From: a virus
Lineage: Duplodnaviria; Caudoviricetes
Strand: one strand, 5' to 3'
Virus record (IMG/VR): IMGVR_UViG_3300028805_000055
Span: 32,001 to 96,000 of that record
Length of the DNA stretch: 64,000 bases
Shown one piece after another: positions 39,404-47,955 of this stretch (position 1 is the first letter of the stretch; the number at the start of each line of letters is the position of its first letter). The position numbers were made by a program, and so were the translations under genes. A model generated the notes under the pieces. It was not told the origin of the DNA and did no database searches. It worked only from the letters and a program-made list of their open reading frames with translations.

Positions 39404-40258
39404 TCAAAATACCCAGTCTACAAACTCATTGTTCACCTTAACCACAAATGGTGTATCTGGCACTCTAAACTTGCGCTTACCGTCCTTTTCGTCAATGTAG
39501 TAGTCATTGGCAGTCTTGTGATAGTGCAAACCCACAATATGCTTTGCAGGGTCGAGATAACGCATATCATAGGTGTTACCGTCACAGATAGGGTAGCCAT
39601 GAAAACTCTTAGGCAACTTGTCGCTAAAGAACACTACAGCCACCTTACCGCCAGCGTTCAAGAACTTCTCGCAATCATCCCAATTATAGCCATTGTAGCT
39701 AAGAGTAAGGTCATAGTTGCTATACTGCTGCATCAGCTTAATGCGAGAGGGCACTTTGGTATAGTCATAGAATTGAACATTGGGAAACAACTCTAAGAGA
39801 TTAAGTCCTGTCTCTGGGTCTTTAAAAAGCACTGGTGACAGGTCGCTTGTTCCGTTGAGACGTACAGAAAACTCCATGCCGAGACGGTTGGCTCTGTTCT
39901 GATAACGTCTAAGTTCGTGAATCAGCAGGGACATGAACAATGCCCTATCATCATAGAATAACTTGGTTTTCTTGATGCGTGAACGGTTAACAAACGAATC
40001 CAACACATCACCTCCCTTATCCACTTGTTCAAGTTGAGAAGCCTTATTGTGACCAGAACCATTAAGACAGAATGCCTTGCAATACTGGCTGTTAGGGCAA
40101 ACATTGTGCCCAGACATATCCGCAGGGGCGAGATAAAGGCAGTACGTCATAGTACCGTTCTTATAAGATAACTTCATCTTAGCACTCTGGGCTACACTAC
40201 CTAAGTAGGAGATACCCAAGTTTCTCAGTTCCTTACCATAAGAAAATTTCTGTTCCAT
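39404..40258 (-). CDS. GP88-like protein (Cys-rich, radical-SAM-like)
   Basis: CP....C...CLN.SG, RLNGTSDL, FYDYTK, VAVVF. Confidence 0.75.
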   Translation of the reverse strand: MEQKFSYGKELRNLGISYLGSVAQSAKMKLSYKNGTMTYCLYLAPADMSGHNVCPNSQYCKAFCLNGSGHNKASQLEQVDKGGDVLDSFVNRSRIKKTKLFYDDRALFMSLLIHELRRYQNRANRLGMEFSVRLNGTSDLSPVLFKDPETGLNLLELFPNVQFYDYTKVPSRIKLMQQYSNYDLTLSYNGYNWDDCEKFLNAGGKVAVVFFSDKLPKSFHGYPICDGNTYDMRYLDPAKHIVGLHYHKTANDYYIDEKDGKRKFRVPDTPFVVKVNNEFVDWVF

Positions 40259-40436
40259 AATCTAAATGTTTAAGTTGTTATTAATGTTTGACGGTGCAAA
40301 ATTAGACAAAAAAATCGAAACTACCAAATTTTTTTGGAAAAATCTTATTGTCCTATATAAACTTTTCTGGTTTCTTTACAAAAGATAATAAAAACAGGGT
40401 GAAGCCAAATTGATATCACCCTGTATCTTTATGAAA

Positions 40437-40510
40437 AAGGGGTGTGGCTATGGAAAGCCAGCGCCAGCTAAAATAGGAATCGAACCTATACATACACCTT
40501 TGCACCCCTT
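40437..40510 (-). ncRNA. small T-loop-containing structured RNA
   Basis: AAGGGGTG/CACCCCTT enclosing ATAGG-TTCGATT-CCTAT and TGGCT-TTCCAT-AGCCA. Confidence 0.5.
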
Positions 40511-40514
40511 ATAC

Positions 40515-40904
40515 CTATTCCTGTGGATTAAACTCTACCTGTGCCATCTGTGTACCACAATCATCCCTACCACAGCAGATATTGTAACCAGACAATAGGT
40601 TTTCGTCGTAGGTGGTAAGAATCATATCATCATCAATTCTTTCACCGCAATTGGGACAGGCGATAACAAAGTCCCCATAGTTATCAAGTGGGAAATACTT
40701 AACGCCCATCCCAGATAGTTCTAAAATCGCCTGTGAGCTGCAAATAACGTCGTAGATGGCTAGTATACCATTCTTACCGTCGAATGAGTTCTGGAGGCGT
40801 AAAACGCCCAATCTGATAAGTATATTAATGAAATTGCTAATAGGCTTCTCATACCAGTCAGTGACGTAGATGCGAATCTTATATTTCTTCTTATTCTTTG
40901 CCAT
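40515..40904 (-). CDS. zinc-ribbon protein
   Basis: CPNCG...CCGRDDCG. Confidence 0.75.
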   Translation of the reverse strand: MAKNKKKYKIRIYVTDWYEKPISNFINILIRLGVLRLQNSFDGKNGILAIYDVICSSQAILELSGMGVKYFPLDNYGDFVIACPNCGERIDDDMILTTYDENLLSGYNICCGRDDCGTQMAQVEFNPQE

Positions 40905-40970
40905 AGAGCGTTTATTTTATGTTAGTGGATAAGAGGAAGCCCCACTATCTGTGAGGCTTCCAGAGAGGGT

Positions 40971-42065
40971 TTATGCAACCGACAGAAGCATTTCCTGTGC
41001 TTTCTGGATTTTGTTGTAGGCGTTACCACCCATGAGGCTATCGAACTTGATTTCCTCATTCGAGAAATTAGCCTCGTTCTGGAAATAGGTGGTGAGACCG
41101 TTGATGAACCACATACCTGTGCCTGCCTCTTGAATGTCCTGCCCGATGCCAGACTCCATAGCGTTCTTCACGTTGAGGAACAGGTTACGTCCACGAGTCT
41201 TGATGCCCTCAGACTCAATATCGCCTGTCTCATGGAACACCTTTGCAGCCTCTGGAGAGAGAAGCACATCAGCCAAGATGTTATCCAACTCCTTTTCAGA
41301 GAGGCGAATGTTACGCAGATGCTCAAACTGCTCTTTCAGACCAGATGCGTACACCTCGTAGAGATTGAGGGTCTTGTATGCGAACTCCGCATTTTCCTCC
41401 TGCAACAAGTCGAGGCGAGACATCACGTTACGACTGTGACGGAAAGAGATACGCCCGATATTGTTGTGCATAGCGAGATTGAGAGTGTTGTTGCACACCA
41501 CACGAATCGGGGTGATAACACATCGTACAGAACCTGTACCGTCATGAGAGGTGGTGAAGCAGGCGTACATATCTACCAAATCATCACGTCTGGCATCTAA
41601 GACTATCTGCTTTGGGAACTTAGCGGTAACGAACACACGCTCACCACGACCTAAGACACCAGCGGTTTCGATAACAGGTGTATTGTCCCTGTCTGTGTTC
41701 TTACCAGAGACCAACAGGTCTACGAACTTGAAAGCATCGCTATTCTGGACAATGCCGTAGGAATCAGATACCACGCCCAGAGACTGATTGAGGTCAGTGC
41801 GTACCGTAGCCATAGTGTTGGGGATAACCAGAGAGAGCAATGTATCAGCATCAATGCCACCATTCAAAATCTTGTCTTGCACCTCTGGGGTCAGAACCAT
41901 GACGGGCTGCATCATCACGTTATAGTCTGCATGAGAGAGTTTTAACGCCTCATCAACGTGCATTGCGCCATCTACCTGCTGTCCGAGGCTGTGCCATGCC
42001 AGACCGCTTTTCTTGTTCTCTACAAAGGAGTAAACTCCGTTTCTGTTTTCAATATTTGCTGCCAT
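40971..42065 (-). CDS. DUF932/TIGR03299-family phage/plasmid-like protein
   Basis: AWH.LG, LGVV...Y..VQN, ETAG.L..G, SHDG, RVVCNNT, RH motifs. Confidence 0.9.
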   Translation of the reverse strand: MAANIENRNGVYSFVENKKSGLAWHSLGQQVDGAMHVDEALKLSHADYNVMMQPVMVLTPEVQDKILNGGIDADTLLSLVIPNTMATVRTDLNQSLGVVSDSYGIVQNSDAFKFVDLLVSGKNTDRDNTPVIETAGVLGRGERVFVTAKFPKQIVLDARRDDLVDMYACFTTSHDGTGSVRCVITPIRVVCNNTLNLAMHNNIGRISFRHSRNVMSRLDLLQEENAEFAYKTLNLYEVYASGLKEQFEHLRNIRLSEKELDNILADVLLSPEAAKVFHETGDIESEGIKTRGRNLFLNVKNAMESGIGQDIQEAGTGMWFINGLTTYFQNEANFSNEEIKFDSLMGGNAYNKIQKAQEMLLSVA

Positions 42066-42271
42066 AATCTTAATGTTTTTGTTAGGCTACCGCAGGACTA
42101 TCCTTTGGTTTCACGCTGCAAAATTAGACAAAAAAATCGAAACTACCAAATATTTTCGTAAAAACTTATAGGACAATATAAAGATTTAACGTTTGTTCAC
42201 ACAAATGGGGCACATTTTCACAAATGCACCCCATCCAAAAAACAAATCATTTAATATGGAAACAAAAACAT

Positions 42272-42496
42272 CTAAGTCAAAAATACATAGTCTGATGGGT
42301 CACTGGTAGAGCAGTTACACATCTGATTATAGCAAATGAAGCCTATTAACTCTGAGCCATCCTGCAAACCGTTCCATGCTTGGTGATACTCATTGCCCTC
42401 GTCATCAGATGACATGATAATCTTTTTCTTACCTAATCCTGCTGCACTCATTTTGAGACACATTGCAGCTAATTGGTCAATCGTAATTCCTTCCAT
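42272..42496 (-). CDS. hypothetical early protein
   Basis: SSDDEGNEY motif. Confidence 0.75.
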   Translation of the reverse strand: MEGITIDQLAAMCLKMSAAGLGKKKIIMSSDDEGNEYHQAWNGLQDGSELIGFICYNQMCNCSTSDPSDYVFLT

Positions 42497-42499
42497 AGT

Positions 42500-42952
42500 C
42501 TAATAGGGATAATTGGTTTCTTTGAACATATCAATAATCTTCTTACTGGTCTCTGCCGCATATCTGTTGCGGGGGTCGTAATATCCTTTAGAGGCATTAT
42601 CTGCAAGAATCTTGATGTACTCTAAGCAGACGTGAAACATTTCGTTCTGCAAGTAACGATGCTCACAGGACATCTTTGCTGCCACAGCCTTAGCACTGCC
42701 CATCTTACCATTGACAAAGTTGCCAAACTGCCGAGCAAATAACTCGTCCTTAGACTCACCTGCCTTTTGACAGGAATCGTATTCAAACCTGTTGAGAATG
42801 TAGTGCAGAATCTCTTTGGCATCCGCATCCCTGCCCTCTTCCAGTGCTTTCTTATAAGAGTCCATTAAGACCCTGTTAGACTGGTAATATAACTTGTCAG
42901 CCTCGACACATTCGCCTGTAGCCAACATGATTTTTTCTTTCTCCATAATCAA
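42500..42952 (-). CDS. hypothetical early protein
   Basis: HRYLQ...YD.RN motif. Confidence 0.8.
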   Translation of the reverse strand: MIMEKEKIMLATGECVEADKLYYQSNRVLMDSYKKALEEGRDADAKEILHYILNRFEYDSCQKAGESKDELFARQFGNFVNGKMGSAKAVAAKMSCEHRYLQNEMFHVCLEYIKILADNASKGYYDPRNRYAAETSKKIIDMFKETNYPY

Positions 42953-42959
42953 TTGCTAT

Positions 42960-43265
42960 TTAAATTGTGGCAAAATCTTGAAACTGGGTGTTCACCTCTC
43001 TTACATCCACTCTGCCAATGGTATAGGTATCGCTTTGACCATTATCAAACCACTTGAATGATTTTTCATCCCACTCACAGGCTTGAAGGTCATTATTCAA
43101 TTCTGATGCTGCATCAGTAAGATTTGTCCATTTACCATCAAAATCCATATTGATGATATTTAGGATAATTTCCTTAGCTGCATTGATAGAAGAACACACC
43201 ATAACACTGATGTTCATAGACGCATCCTTATCGTCATTCTGATAAACTCTAATTATTTGTACCAT
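42960..43265 (-). CDS. hypothetical early protein
   Basis: Gene run. Confidence 0.75.
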   Translation of the reverse strand: MVQIIRVYQNDDKDASMNISVMVCSSINAAKEIILNIINMDFDGKWTNLTDAASELNNDLQACEWDEKSFKWFDNGQSDTYTIGRVDVREVNTQFQDFATI

Positions 43266-43278
43266 AATGATGCCAAAG

Positions 43279-43605
43279 CTAAATTATTTCTGAAAGAATG
43301 TCCATTAACTTATCGACCATGCAAATGTCGTCGAGAGAGATTTCACCCGCACCATCAAAATCTTCGTCATTGTGACGGATTGTAATGTCACCAAAGCGAT
43401 TAATGATGGTGAAACTACGAGTGATAAGTTCTGTGGATGTTCGTCTCTGATAGAGGCGTTCCATCACGCCCTCAATGCTTTCTCTGATGCTTGATGCAAT
43501 ATCGTTAAGAGCATCTTCGGCATCATCGTGCGCTTGGCTAAGGATTGCATATTCCTCATCGGTCAGCACCTTGTTGCCATCTTTGTAAAAATCTTCTCTA
43601 TTCAT
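43279..43605 (-). CDS. acidic hypothetical early protein
   Basis: After promoter 43632. Confidence 0.8.
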   Translation of the reverse strand: MNREDFYKDGNKVLTDEEYAILSQAHDDAEDALNDIASSIRESIEGVMERLYQRRTSTELITRSFTIINRFGDITIRHNDEDFDGAGEISLDDICMVDKLMDILSEII

Positions 43606-43819
43606 ATTTCCTAAATGTTTTTGTTAGACGCTGCAAAATTAGACAAAATAAATGATACTACCAAATAAATTAATACTTTTTAACTAAAATTTTTATCATC
43701 ATGCGCACACGCATATATAATAAGGTGAAATAAAATAATTGAAAAATAAACATCCAAAAATTTGGTTATTCCAGATTTTTTGCTTACTTTTGCACCCAGA
43801 TAACAAATATATAAGGCGT

Positions 43820-44050
43820 ATGATAATACCTATTAGAGATTTGAAAGTAATGGTTCTGTCTTTCCCTGTTGATGATTATCGCAGGAGAGAGCTAATAAAC
43901 AAGACGGATGAGGAGTTAATTGAAATTGCCACCAAGAGTCCCAAGTGTAAGGTCTGGGAAGACTTGGAGGTATTTCAGAATTGCCTCAACAATGAACTCG
44001 TAGACACGGAGAACAACTGGATATTCTTTGCCAGTCAACAGGTTAAGTAA
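43820..44050 (+). CDS. hypothetical protein
   Basis: After divergent promoter 43761; start MIIP. Confidence 0.7.
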   Translation: MIIPIRDLKVMVLSFPVDDYRRRELINKTDEELIEIATKSPKCKVWEDLEVFQNCLNNELVDTENNWIFFASQQVK

Positions 44051-44312
44051 GAGCCTTCTGGAGCTTGTGGATAACCTCCAGCATATCTTTGGATACAGTT
44101 TAAAGGCGTGTGGGATAGACGATGCAACTATCTCATGCGCCTCACTGTGCGCCTAAGGTAGACATGTGATTAATAATAACCCAAGTGTACTTTTTTAAGT
44201 ACTATAAAGCAATATAAACTATGGATGTTATAACGGTATTAAAATGTATAGGTCTCGCCATACTGATTGTTGCAGTATACAACATGTGGCGTAATAGAGG
44301 AGGAGGGCGTAC

Positions 44313-44558
44313 ATGGGCACAGTAACGTTAGCTCTCGTGTGCGTCGTCATCGCCCTGCTACTGTCCGTCGCCTTGGTCTTCATGGAGCTGAAGCGAAAAA
44401 AAGATACCAAGCTCAATAGGATGTGGGCTAGACTCAATGGCGTTGACCCAGATGACACAGAGAAATGGTGGTTCCAGGAGTGGTGCAACCTATACAGGAG
44501 CTATTTGCCACGACCAGGACTGCTCCAACGACTGTGGAGACTCCTGGGAGTCGAGTGA
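44313..44558 (+). CDS. small membrane protein
   Basis: N-terminal TM helix. Confidence 0.65.
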   Translation: MGTVTLALVCVVIALLLSVALVFMELKRKKDTKLNRMWARLNGVDPDDTEKWWFQEWCNLYRSYLPRPGLLQRLWRLLGVE

Positions 44559-44610
44559 AAATGCTATAGCACCCAGTGTACTTTTTTAAGTCTAATCGAT
44601 ATCAAACCAT

Positions 44611-44829
44611 ATGATTGCATTATTACTAGCACAGAAGATTGTAGAAGCTGCCAGGGAGTCTGGCACAGTAACTGAAGAGGAGCTGGATGCTGCCGCATTC
44701 AAGATGGTCGCATACCTGCTTATAGCTCTAGTGGTGTTCTTCCTGGTGATGGTCTTCACCGACCCACAGTTCTGCTTCAGACACGACATCCAGGAATTCA
44801 TAAAGACTGTTAAAAATTTGGTATTCTGA
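44611..44829 (+). CDS. small membrane protein
   Basis: Central TM helix. Confidence 0.65.
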   Translation: MIALLLAQKIVEAARESGTVTEEELDAAAFKMVAYLLIALVVFFLVMVFTDPQFCFRHDIQEFIKTVKNLVF

Positions 44830-44888
44830 AAAAAAATGTATATCTTTGCACTGTTTAGTATTAATCAACTAGTAAAGTAAAATAGAAT

Positions 44889-45113
44889 ATGCCAAGAATT
44901 ATCATTAAACAGCCTGGTAAACCCGACATGTGGGTCAAGAACATTGACAAACTCACGGGTGAGGTGACATTTACCACCAACAGGAACGAAGCCTATGTGA
45001 GGGATGGAGGCTTCTACTGTAATTCAGAAGTGAAGACCCTCAAGAATCCTATGATGTACGACCACGAGAAGTATCCAGAGCTATTGTATGCTCAGACAGA
45101 TGGTAGTTATTAA
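44889..45113 (+). CDS. small protein, tandem paralogue 1
   Basis: II.K...D..TGEV..T...A.Y shared with next gene. Confidence 0.75.
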   Translation: MPRIIIKQPGKPDMWVKNIDKLTGEVTFTTNRNEAYVRDGGFYCNSEVKTLKNPMMYDHEKYPELLYAQTDGSY

Positions 45114-45173
45114 TCCAGGGCTATAATAGTCCTGGTTGTACTTATTTAAGTCTAACTGTAAAAGTATTATAGT

Positions 45174-45371
45174 ATGGCAGTAATTTTAAAGCATAGGGAT
45201 GAGAACAAGTTCCTGGAGTCCTACGACGGTGTAACAGGTGAGGTCAAGCTCACAGACAAGATGGGCAACGCAAAGTGCTATAGCAACGACTGGTTCGCCA
45301 AGGCTGAGCTGGAACACCTTCAGTTCCACTTCCCAGAAGAAACTAAGGAATTGATAGTATACTTCACATGA
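45174..45371 (+). CDS. small protein, tandem paralogue 2
   Basis: DGVTGEVKLTD...A..Y. Confidence 0.75.
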   Translation: MAVILKHRDENKFLESYDGVTGEVKLTDKMGNAKCYSNDWFAKAELEHLQFHFPEETKELIVYFT

Positions 45372-45580
45372 AGAAGGTCATCTTAGAGTTTACCCTCAAC
45401 GGGCATAAACACACCTACTATAGGCGTACAGATATCTATGGTAGTCCTGTGACGACCACCAACGTCAACAGTGCTCGTAAGCTGAAGGAAAGTGAAGTCC
45501 CTGGTATAGTGAAGCTCCTCATCAAGGAGTACGGTAAAGACAATGTAATAGACATTAAACCCATAAGTGGTGACGACTAG
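45368..45580 (+). CDS. small protein, possible paralogue 3
   Basis: ATGA overlap; D..G....T.N...A pattern. Confidence 0.7.
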   Translation: MKKVILEFTLNGHKHTYYRRTDIYGSPVTTTNVNSARKLKESEVPGIVKLLIKEYGKDNVIDIKPISGDD

Positions 45581-45692
45581 TAATCGTCACCATTTTTTTT
45601 ATATCCATACACAATCTCATACATATAAAAAAAAAATGGGACTCGAATTAACGAATCCCAACTGGTATAGTATCCATTGTACTTTTTTAAGT

Positions 45693-46229
45693 CTAACCTA
45701 TCCACTCTTCTGGATTGCCATGATAGTTATACATCGGTGGCACTCTGCTTGCGCTGGGTGGGTATGTGCATGCTACTGGATAAGGAAGCCTCAGCTGTCC
45801 ATCCTTCTCTGGTAATGGAGGTAAGTCATGCACCGACACTCCAGGAGCATCCTCCCTTACCAACGCCTCCAACAATCCAGGACGTGTGCCTCTAATCAAT
45901 AGCTCACTCTTGCCCTTCTTACACGTTACATACGCATGGTCAAGATTTCTAATCATGTCCCTCTGGAATGGAGGCATAAAGATATTACACCTCTTCATGT
46001 AGTCATCAAATGCTGTCACACTATAGAACATAATTGGTGCTCTGTTCATGTCACTCCACTCGTAGAAGTAGATAATACCATTGTACGTGCCATAATCCGA
46101 CTTAGTACCAATACCTCCACACCTAAACCCACAATAACTAGGAGGAGTATAAGAATGCTCTTCCTCTTCCTTCCTAATCAAGTAGAGTCTAAATAATGCC
46201 CACAGTTTCTCCTTACTAATATTTCCCAT
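45693..46229 (-). CDS. hypothetical protein (IYFY...FD.Y family)
   Basis: Shares domain with next two genes. Confidence 0.8.
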   Translation of the reverse strand: MGNISKEKLWALFRLYLIRKEEEEHSYTPPSYCGFRCGGIGTKSDYGTYNGIIYFYEWSDMNRAPIMFYSVTAFDDYMKRCNIFMPPFQRDMIRNLDHAYVTCKKGKSELLIRGTRPGLLEALVREDAPGVSVHDLPPLPEKDGQLRLPYPVACTYPPSASRVPPMYNYHGNPEEWIG

Positions 46230-46234
46230 ATACT

Positions 46235-46981
46235 TTAAATCTCTGTTACACTTCCACTTGTTTCATCAGCCGCCTCAAATAACATGTCGGCATAACTCTC
46301 TTCAGCCATAATCTCTAAGACACCATGCTCCTTGGCATAAGGATTCAAGCAACAGTGACTAACTGGCTTATAGGCAATCACCTCACCAACATATGGGGGC
46401 ACAAGATATCCTTCCTCCTGGCAATACTTATCGAACTCTATCAGAGAATCAAATTCAATCCTGTCATACTTGTCCTCATAGTTCGGATAGAAGTAAATCT
46501 TACCAGTACCAATCTCAGACTCATCCATGAATGGGTCATCCTCATTACCACTGTATGGTGTGTTAATGTCAATCACCTTGGCTTTTTTACCACCACGATG
46601 CCCACGATTCTTCCTGTGCTTATACTTGCCCTTGCTGTTGAGCTTGTTCAAGTTACGGAAATACTCGTCTTCGTCATACTCAGTTGCACTGTGACTCCTA
46701 GAAGGAGGATATACAATACAACCATCATCATCAACATAGTAGTCATCTTCATCCGACATACCATTGTAATACTGACGAAGCTTCTCCATTTCAGCATCAT
46801 AGTCATCATCCTCATCCAAGTCCATTAGATAAGCTAAGCTGTGCCTGCCACCAAGACAACGACCAACACTTGCCCAATAAGCACGCTCTTCATTTACCCT
46901 CCTGGTCACATACTGCTTGAACAAGGAGACTAAATTACCTCTGGCAATACCTGGGGCTATTACATTTATTTTCTTCGACAT
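46235..46981 (-). CDS. hypothetical protein (IYFY...FD.Y family)
   Basis: After promoter 47005. Confidence 0.85.
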   Translation of the reverse strand: MSKKINVIAPGIARGNLVSLFKQYVTRRVNEERAYWASVGRCLGGRHSLAYLMDLDEDDDYDAEMEKLRQYYNGMSDEDDYYVDDDGCIVYPPSRSHSATEYDEDEYFRNLNKLNSKGKYKHRKNRGHRGGKKAKVIDINTPYSGNEDDPFMDESEIGTGKIYFYPNYEDKYDRIEFDSLIEFDKYCQEEGYLVPPYVGEVIAYKPVSHCCLNPYAKEHGVLEIMAEESYADMLFEAADETSGSVTEI

Positions 46982-47038
46982 CTAATACAATATTATAATA
47001 TATGTGCAAAGATATAAAAAAAATCTCAGAATTCCAAA

Positions 47039-47614
47039 TTATTCTGGCTTTTTTTCACCCTCATAATGCACATAGAATTTATCACTCACAATCACAGACG
47101 TTGGCTTCTTACCATCCCTAGTCAATAACACCTTGTCCTTGAAGATGTGAATCTTATATACCATAGCATTAGTGTCCTCTGGGTCATACCAATACCTAAC
47201 AACTATGTTGTTGCCCTCCTGCTTGAAACTCCAGTTGTGACTAAGCACAGTCTTGATGTAACCCTCGTTAACCTTGTCACTAGCCTCCTTGTAAGCACAC
47301 AACTTCTCCATTACACCAGTACCATATGTGCAAACAAATAATTCTTCACCACAAAGACAACAATGAACTTGAGTAATCTTCTTTGACTCATCATAATTCT
47401 CATCGTCAGTCAAAGCCATAAGCTCATCATACTTCTTGGCAAACAACTCCCTCACCTTGTCACATGAGATACCAGGATGACACTCCTCCATGTAAGACTG
47501 GAACTTAGAACTGTCATCAAACTCAATCCAATGTCTCTCACTGAAACATAGATAATGATACACAACGGTCAAATTATATACCAACCTATCATTGTTCCTA
47601 AATTTCAATTTCAT
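47039..47614 (-). CDS. hypothetical protein (related family)
   Basis: IEFD...F..Y..E...HCCL. Confidence 0.8.
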   Translation of the reverse strand: MKLKFRNNDRLVYNLTVVYHYLCFSERHWIEFDDSSKFQSYMEECHPGISCDKVRELFAKKYDELMALTDDENYDESKKITQVHCCLCGEELFVCTYGTGVMEKLCAYKEASDKVNEGYIKTVLSHNWSFKQEGNNIVVRYWYDPEDTNAMVYKIHIFKDKVLLTRDGKKPTSVIVSDKFYVHYEGEKKPE

Positions 47615-47871
47615 ATTTTATTTTGTTTAAAATTTTTCAACGATACACTGAAGACACAGTTTTTTCACACTTATTTCTAATTTTTTTTACGTCTATTTAC
47701 TAGTTCTTTCACTGTCCATTATTATAGTGTTGAGTGAGGTTGTTACCAACACCCTAACTTTCTCTTCCCTTCCCAGAATTTTTCACGCACACACTCTAAG
47801 AGATATGCATAGGAACACACCGAGAAATACCAAAAAAATTCAAGAATTCTCACTATCTCTAACCCATTCAT

Positions 47872-47884
47872 AATCAAGCACTTA
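47872..47884 (+). promoter_or_regulatory. IHF-consensus site in a 340-bp non-coding gap
   Basis: AATCAAGCACTTA matches WATCAANNNNTTR. Confidence 0.45.
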
Positions 47885-47955
47885 CAACTAAATAATTCTC
47901 AAAAATTTTGTATATATTTGGCTTTACGTTACGTGTATTTGTAACTGTCTATTAA

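Noticed and set aside
42627-42640. Third parS site
   Set aside because: Only a half-site (ACGTGAAACA), inside a coding sequence.
20225-43680. CRISPR array or integron attC array
   Set aside because: The repeats are spaced by whole genes and match the host promoter consensus. Mismatches favour RNA G-U pairing, and no cas gene, integrase or attC RYYYAAC/GTTRRRY ends are evident.
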